A stretch of 25,632 bases of DNA, from IMG/VR virus record IMGVR_UViG_3300033153_015493. One strand, given 5' to 3'. A program made the position numbers and the translations under genes. Within the stretch, counting starts at the first letter, position 1. Every line of letters begins with the position of its first letter. Of this stretch, positions 21,798 through 25,632 are shown piece by piece. A model generated the notes under the pieces. The model was not told the DNA's origin. It made no database searches and saw nothing but the letters and a program-made list of their open reading frames with translations. This DNA is from a virus.

Positions 21798-24164
21798 TTA
21801 TAAAACCTCTTCAATTTCAGCAATATCCACTTTTCTTTGAACATCTAACCAAAACCAAGTTCTTTTACTTCCTTCCTGAATCCTATCTTGGTAAGCACCA
21901 TTATATTCCATTACTCCTATTACAGTCTTGTCTCCTTTTGGTTTTCCAAGTTTATTCTGCTTGCACCAATCAACATAATCTTTTCTTATCAAATCTTTTT
22001 CAGTGCGGCCTTCACCAAACACTAACATCTCATTACAATAGGCCTCAAAGCTGTTAGACTTCCTTATATACATCTTTTTTATCTGGTTAGTGCTTTTGTT
22101 ATAGCTGAAAAAACCTTGTTTCTCAAGCCGTTTAAAGCCTTCTATAGCCCAATTAAGCAAACCTGAAAGCTCTTGCTTTGTTGTGATTTTCTTTATTATG
22201 TCTGGGTCTCTTAACTTTATATTGTCATTTTTGCTATCCATATCCTTCTCATCAACAAATTTCATAGGGTAATTGATTAATATGATTCTATCATAAAAAG
22301 CATCACTTCTATCATAAGTTCTTGGAAGCTCATTAAGGCCAAATATTAATTTTGCATAGTTTGTGAACTTAATTGGCTCTAAGAACTTTCTGTTTGCTTC
22401 CTGCAAATCCCCACCGCTTAATGATTTGAGTATATTTGAGTTGGTTATTGCATTCTTTCCTATATCCCCGGAGATGTTAATCAGTTTTTTATGCAATGAA
22501 ACCTTTGAAAACTCATTGTTTGAAAGATCATCAATAGAAACTTCCGAACAATTTTCAATCCCTATAAGGCTTTTGAGCAAATTAAGTGTAACACTTTTGC
22601 CATTTCTCCCACAACCTTCTAAAATAAAGATATGGTGATATTTGTATTCTCTTAACAAAGCAAAACCAAATATTTCCTGCATTAACACAATATCCTCCTT
22701 TGAACTAAGTACCTCACTAAAGAATTTCTTACATTCAGGGCAATCTGCATTTTCATCAAAATAAACAGGAAACTTTGCAAAAAACTTATATTTTGGGTCA
22801 AAATCCATTATTTGACCACTTTTTAAGTTTAAAATACCATTTCTAACAGGAATTAAGTATTCTGGCTTTGTTTCCTTAAATAAATCCTCTTGTTTTATAT
22901 AGCTCCTTATTTTTATTTTCTCACTAACTTGGTTTATAAAATAAGTTGTGTAATTCTCATTAAGTATACCATCAACATATTCTTTTATAGTGGTTATTCC
23001 TTCAGGAACATATATACCCTCTTGGTATATCCAAACTTCAGGATTTTTGTCACTCCTTGTAGTGTAAACCTTATTCTCCTTTAAGAAAAGGTTTGCCAAG
23101 AGTTCAGCAGCTTTCTTTTTCTTATTTATAACCATTAGTTGGATTATATTCTGCTTTATCATTTCAGAATCATTATTTTGTTGTTGTGTCTCTTCCTTTT
23201 GGATAAGGCCTTTCTTAACAGCAAGATTATATGCAACCTCCAAAGCTTGTTTATCTCCCCTTATCTTGCTTAGCCCTCTGCCTTTATGTGGTGTTCCTGC
23301 ATCTTCGCAGTTAGCATATCCTGCTTCAACACATAAATATTGCACAGCATTAAGAGAAACCATATGTCGCCAGCAGTGGCCCAAGTAACCATCTGAACTC
23401 AATGAGAAATTTGACCTTGTTTCGCTTTCATGTAATGGATGGCTTACTCTTTTGCTCTGTGGAATTAATCCAACAATATCAGAAACCTTTAATTTGAACA
23501 ATTCATCATATTTTCCACCTGTATAACCCTTAAATTCCTCTTTCTGCTTTATTTTAGTCTCAATTTCAATGTTTTCTCTTTGTTTATCCTTAAAGAATTG
23601 TGGCAAGTCTTCAAAACTCATTAGTTTTGGTTGCAAAGTATCTTTAACTGTGTAATAACCAGCATCTTGGTTATTGTTGTTTTCAGTAGGCACAAAAGAA
23701 CCAGGCGATAATACATATTGGTTATTACTCCTCATTTCTCCAGAGTCTGTTGGTAAATTAATCTTTGCAGTGTCATCCTTGTTCCAACCAAAGAAATGCC
23801 AACCCTCTCTTTTCCTGCTTGTAACTGTTAATGTGTTTTTTGGTAACTGATCCAAATACTTTTTGTCATCAATATCTCCAATAATTAAAATATCATCTTT
23901 TCTTGCACTTATTCCAATATTATAGCCTTGCTTTATGTGTTCAATGCATTGCTCTTTGCTTAACCTTGCTGACGGATGATGCCAACTGCCATTACTTGAT
24001 TTATCTATTTTTAATATTGCTGCTGGGCTTGGGTCTTTCCTGTTTGGCTTGCATGGAAAAAACCAAGGAGTATAATCCTCTGGAGCATTCTGCATAAGCA
24101 AAGTATAGAACTTTTCAAATTCCTGGATGCATTTATTTATATCTTTCTCCATCTTACATTCCAT
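21798..24164 (-). CDS. Bifunctional primase-polymerase fused to a D5-like SF3 helicase
   Basis: PrimPol motifs IIGDIDD, GWHFF, GEMRSNNQYVLSPGS. D5_N-like IPVRNGILNL. Walker A GCGRNGKS, motif C LIFGLN, C-terminal winged helix. Confidence 0.9.
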   Translation of the reverse strand: MECKMEKDINKCIQEFEKFYTLLMQNAPEDYTPWFFPCKPNRKDPSPAAILKIDKSSNGSWHHPSARLSKEQCIEHIKQGYNIGISARKDDILIIGDIDDKKYLDQLPKNTLTVTSRKREGWHFFGWNKDDTAKINLPTDSGEMRSNNQYVLSPGSFVPTENNNNQDAGYYTVKDTLQPKLMSFEDLPQFFKDKQRENIEIETKIKQKEEFKGYTGGKYDELFKLKVSDIVGLIPQSKRVSHPLHESETRSNFSLSSDGYLGHCWRHMVSLNAVQYLCVEAGYANCEDAGTPHKGRGLSKIRGDKQALEVAYNLAVKKGLIQKEETQQQNNDSEMIKQNIIQLMVINKKKKAAELLANLFLKENKVYTTRSDKNPEVWIYQEGIYVPEGITTIKEYVDGILNENYTTYFINQVSEKIKIRSYIKQEDLFKETKPEYLIPVRNGILNLKSGQIMDFDPKYKFFAKFPVYFDENADCPECKKFFSEVLSSKEDIVLMQEIFGFALLREYKYHHIFILEGCGRNGKSVTLNLLKSLIGIENCSEVSIDDLSNNEFSKVSLHKKLINISGDIGKNAITNSNILKSLSGGDLQEANRKFLEPIKFTNYAKLIFGLNELPRTYDRSDAFYDRIILINYPMKFVDEKDMDSKNDNIKLRDPDIIKKITTKQELSGLLNWAIEGFKRLEKQGFFSYNKSTNQIKKMYIRKSNSFEAYCNEMLVFGEGRTEKDLIRKDYVDWCKQNKLGKPKGDKTVIGVMEYNGAYQDRIQEGSKRTWFWLDVQRKVDIAEIEEVL

Positions 24165-24766
24165 CTATTATTTTCATAAGTTTGATAAAATATCTTGGGC
24201 TTTGATTCAATACCATCTAAACAAGAAGATAACAATATTCCTATACCAGGTTCATCTTTTCCTCTTTCTTGTCTCCATATACTCCATAACTGTCTTAGAA
24301 ATGATTTGGATCTATTATACTCAATTGGTGGTTCATTTTTACATTTTGGTAATATTTCTTTACGCCATTTTTCATTATGAGGGCTTTCTTTTATCTCATT
24401 TTCAAATAAATGACCATTTACAGAATATTTTGTTGCAACTATAAAAAAATTAATATTAATTTCTTTCCCTTCAATATAGTATTTTGTTTTTCCTTCTTTG
24501 TATTCTTTTTGATATTTAATTATCTTTGAAGCATCATAAATGTTTTTATTAGTTATTCCAGATTTTATTTCAATAGCTCCATACTTATGTAACATTTGAG
24601 AATATATAATCATGTCTGGTTTTTTCCTTGATTCACCTTGTGTCTTAAATATAATTTGGTTATTTAATTCCTTTATTTTTCTATTGTGCCATATAGGAAT
24701 ATTATTAGTTTGTAACCAACTATTTAATATGATTTCTGTTTCTGTTTCAGGTTTTATTATTATCAC
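24137..24766 (-). CDS. PD-(D/E)xK family nuclease
   Basis: E...RKKPDMIIY...YGAIEIKSG pattern. Confidence 0.75.
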   Translation of the reverse strand: MIIIKPETETEIILNSWLQTNNIPIWHNRKIKELNNQIIFKTQGESRKKPDMIIYSQMLHKYGAIEIKSGITNKNIYDASKIIKYQKEYKEGKTKYYIEGKEININFFIVATKYSVNGHLFENEIKESPHNEKWRKEILPKCKNEPPIEYNRSKSFLRQLWSIWRQERGKDEPGIGILLSSCLDGIESKPKIFYQTYENNRWNVRWRKI

Positions 24767-24950
24767 CCCTCTTTTCGTATATTAAAGAAATCAAGTTGCA
24801 GTCAATAGTTACATTATTGCCATACTTATCAACAATAGAGAATACATGGCCTTCAAACTCAGGCATAGTAAATGTGAATTTAAAATTATTCTGGAGAACT
24901 ATTAAAACCTTTTTCCCAATATATTGTTTAACTTCTGTTTCCCAACTCAA
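24747..24950 (-). CDS. 67-aa protein with possible Sm/LSm-like fold
   Basis: YIGKKVLIVLQNNFKFT...IVDKYGNNVTIDCNLISLIYE matches the Sm1/Sm2 strand pattern by eye. Confidence 0.55.
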   Translation of the reverse strand: MSWETEVKQYIGKKVLIVLQNNFKFTFTMPEFEGHVFSIVDKYGNNVTIDCNLISLIYEKRGDNNKT

Positions 24951-24960
24951 GGAATAATTT

Positions 24961-24990
24961 GTAAAGCATAACTACTATTTATACTTTTCT
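24961..24990 (-). promoter_or_regulatory. BRE-TATA promoter sharing an 18-nt element with the RHH promoter
   Basis: AAAAG-TATAAATA-GTAGTTATGCTTTAC. 24961-24978 matches 171-188 at 17/18 nt. Confidence 0.65.
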
Positions 24991-25029
24991 TTTTCCTTCT
25001 GTTTTGCTTCATAAGCCCGCAGAGTTTTC

Positions 25030-25221
25030 CTAATCTCGCTTGGCTTTACGCTTAGTATTCTTGACCACATTTTTCAGTTCCTCTTCAAGTTCTCTTATTT
25101 TTCCCATTAGGTATGCAATTAAATCCTTGTCGCTCTTGCATCTCAGGTTTGCACCAACCAGCAGGTCAGCCATTTCTTCAGGCGTAAACTTTTCAAGTAT
25201 TTCTTCTTTTGTTATTTTCAT
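25030..25221 (-). CDS. 63-aa coiled-coil hypothetical protein
   Basis: Plausible helical, charged composition, co-oriented. Confidence 0.6.
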   Translation of the reverse strand: MKITKEEILEKFTPEEMADLLVGANLRCKSDKDLIAYLMGKIRELEEELKNVVKNTKRKAKRD

Positions 25222-25266
25222 TTTATTTTGTTGAATGTTTGCTGTTCAAATTTAGTTTTAATTGAA

Positions 25267-25474
25267 TTTAACCGCAATTATGTTTAGTGAGGTTTTCTAT
25301 ATATTCAATTTTGATAAAATTGTATCCATAATAACTCTATTAATCTTCACTAAATTTAAAAGCTTATCTTTTTGTTCTTTAGATAACTTTGATTTTCTTA
25401 TGGATACAATAAACTCTTTTTCTTCTTTATTTAACTTCATTTTAAAACCTCATTGAACATAATTAGCAGTTAAA
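25267..25474. repeat. Imperfect 30/31-bp inverted repeat bracketing a small ORF
   Basis: 25267-25296 TTTAACCGCAATTATGTTTAGTGAGGTTTT versus 25444-25474 AAAACCTCATTGAACATAATTAGCAGTTAAA: 27 matches, 3 transitions, one 1-nt gap. Confidence 0.9.
25297..25440 (-). CDS. 47-aa basic helical protein inside the inverted repeat (not in ORF track)
   Basis: MKLNKEEKEFIVSIRKSKLSKEQKDKLLNLVKINRVIMDTILSKLNI*, GAGGT RBS located inside the right repeat arm. Confidence 0.65.
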   Translation of the reverse strand: MKLNKEEKEFIVSIRKSKLSKEQKDKLLNLVKINRVIMDTILSKLNI

Positions 25475-25481
25475 CCTAATA

Positions 25482-25632
25482 TTACTTTTCAGTGGTTTCC
25501 TTTCTTGTAGCCTTAAATTGAATGTCATACAGCCCTGACTTCAGGCACTTGTATAATGTGAATGTCCTGCCGTCAAACAATTTGGCATTTTCCAGCACAA
25601 TTTCGAAGCTGTTGGGCATTTTAGCACCCCAG
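25482..25632 (-). CDS. Small hypothetical protein; 45 aa from ATG 25619, or 61 aa if joined to 1-35
   Basis: MPNSFEIVLENAKLFDGRTFTLYKCLKSGLYDIQFKATRKETTEK*. Frame is open to the window end. Confidence 0.6.
   Translation of the reverse strand, partial: WGAKMPNSFEIVLENAKLFDGRTFTLYKCLKSGLYDIQFKATRKETTEK

Larger units (their letters stand above)
1..25632. mobile_element. Putative archaeal virus genome, spindle-shaped-virus-like, probably complete and circular
   Basis: Capsid-like two-hydrophobic-helix proteins, giant adhesin with C-terminal TM helices, P-loop ATPase, PrimPol-SF3 helicase, ParB, tyrosine recombinase and many small Zn-finger/HTH ORFs. No housekeeping genes. Archaeal promoter and RBS motifs. 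One ORF reads in frame across the end-to-start junction. Confidence 0.85.

Noticed and set aside
12598-25456. Plus-strand ORFs across the minus-strand block (e.g. 12874-13221, 15283-15606, 21668-22057, 24127-24444, 25262-25456)
   Set aside because: They overlap better-supported minus-strand genes or repeat regions, lack RBS motifs and have shadow-type composition.
1-25632. CRISPR array, mini-array or diversity-generating retroelement
   Set aside because: No regularly spaced repeats, no reverse transcriptase and no template/variable repeat pair seen by eye. A self dot-plot would be the definitive check.

Overview
The window looks like a complete or nearly complete, probably circular, 25.6 kb genome of an AT-rich archaeal virus-like element, most similar in layout to spindle-shaped (lemon-shaped) viruses. 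An archaeal host is supported by BRE-TATA promoters (TWTAWATAGT), GGAGG/GGTGA ribosome-binding sites, class III (prepilin-type) KG|Q signal peptides and dense N-glycosylation sequons. The + strand block (296-11862) encodes a probably frameshift-split Lys/Pro-rich protein of ~945 aa, four small basic proteins, two capsid-like two-helix proteins, a 2124-aa LamG/Ig-like adhesin and two membrane proteins. The - strand block (11942-25632, continuing into 1-159) encodes a short tyrosine recombinase, a P-loop ATPase-HTH that is broken at Walker B, morphogenesis-type membrane proteins, a 72-aa major-capsid-like protein with its own promoter, RBS and terminator, an orphan ParB, several Zn fingers, a PrimPol-SF3 (D5-like) helicase followed by an origin-like repeat cluster, a PD-(D/E)xK nuclease, an Sm-like protein and an RHH regulator. 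Most notable: three pilin-signal capsid-like paralogs, a 47-codon ORF bounded almost exactly by a 30-bp inverted repeat that contains its RBS, two structured non-coding elements, and several homopolymer frameshifts that may be sequencing errors. All family assignments come from motif reading, not database searches.
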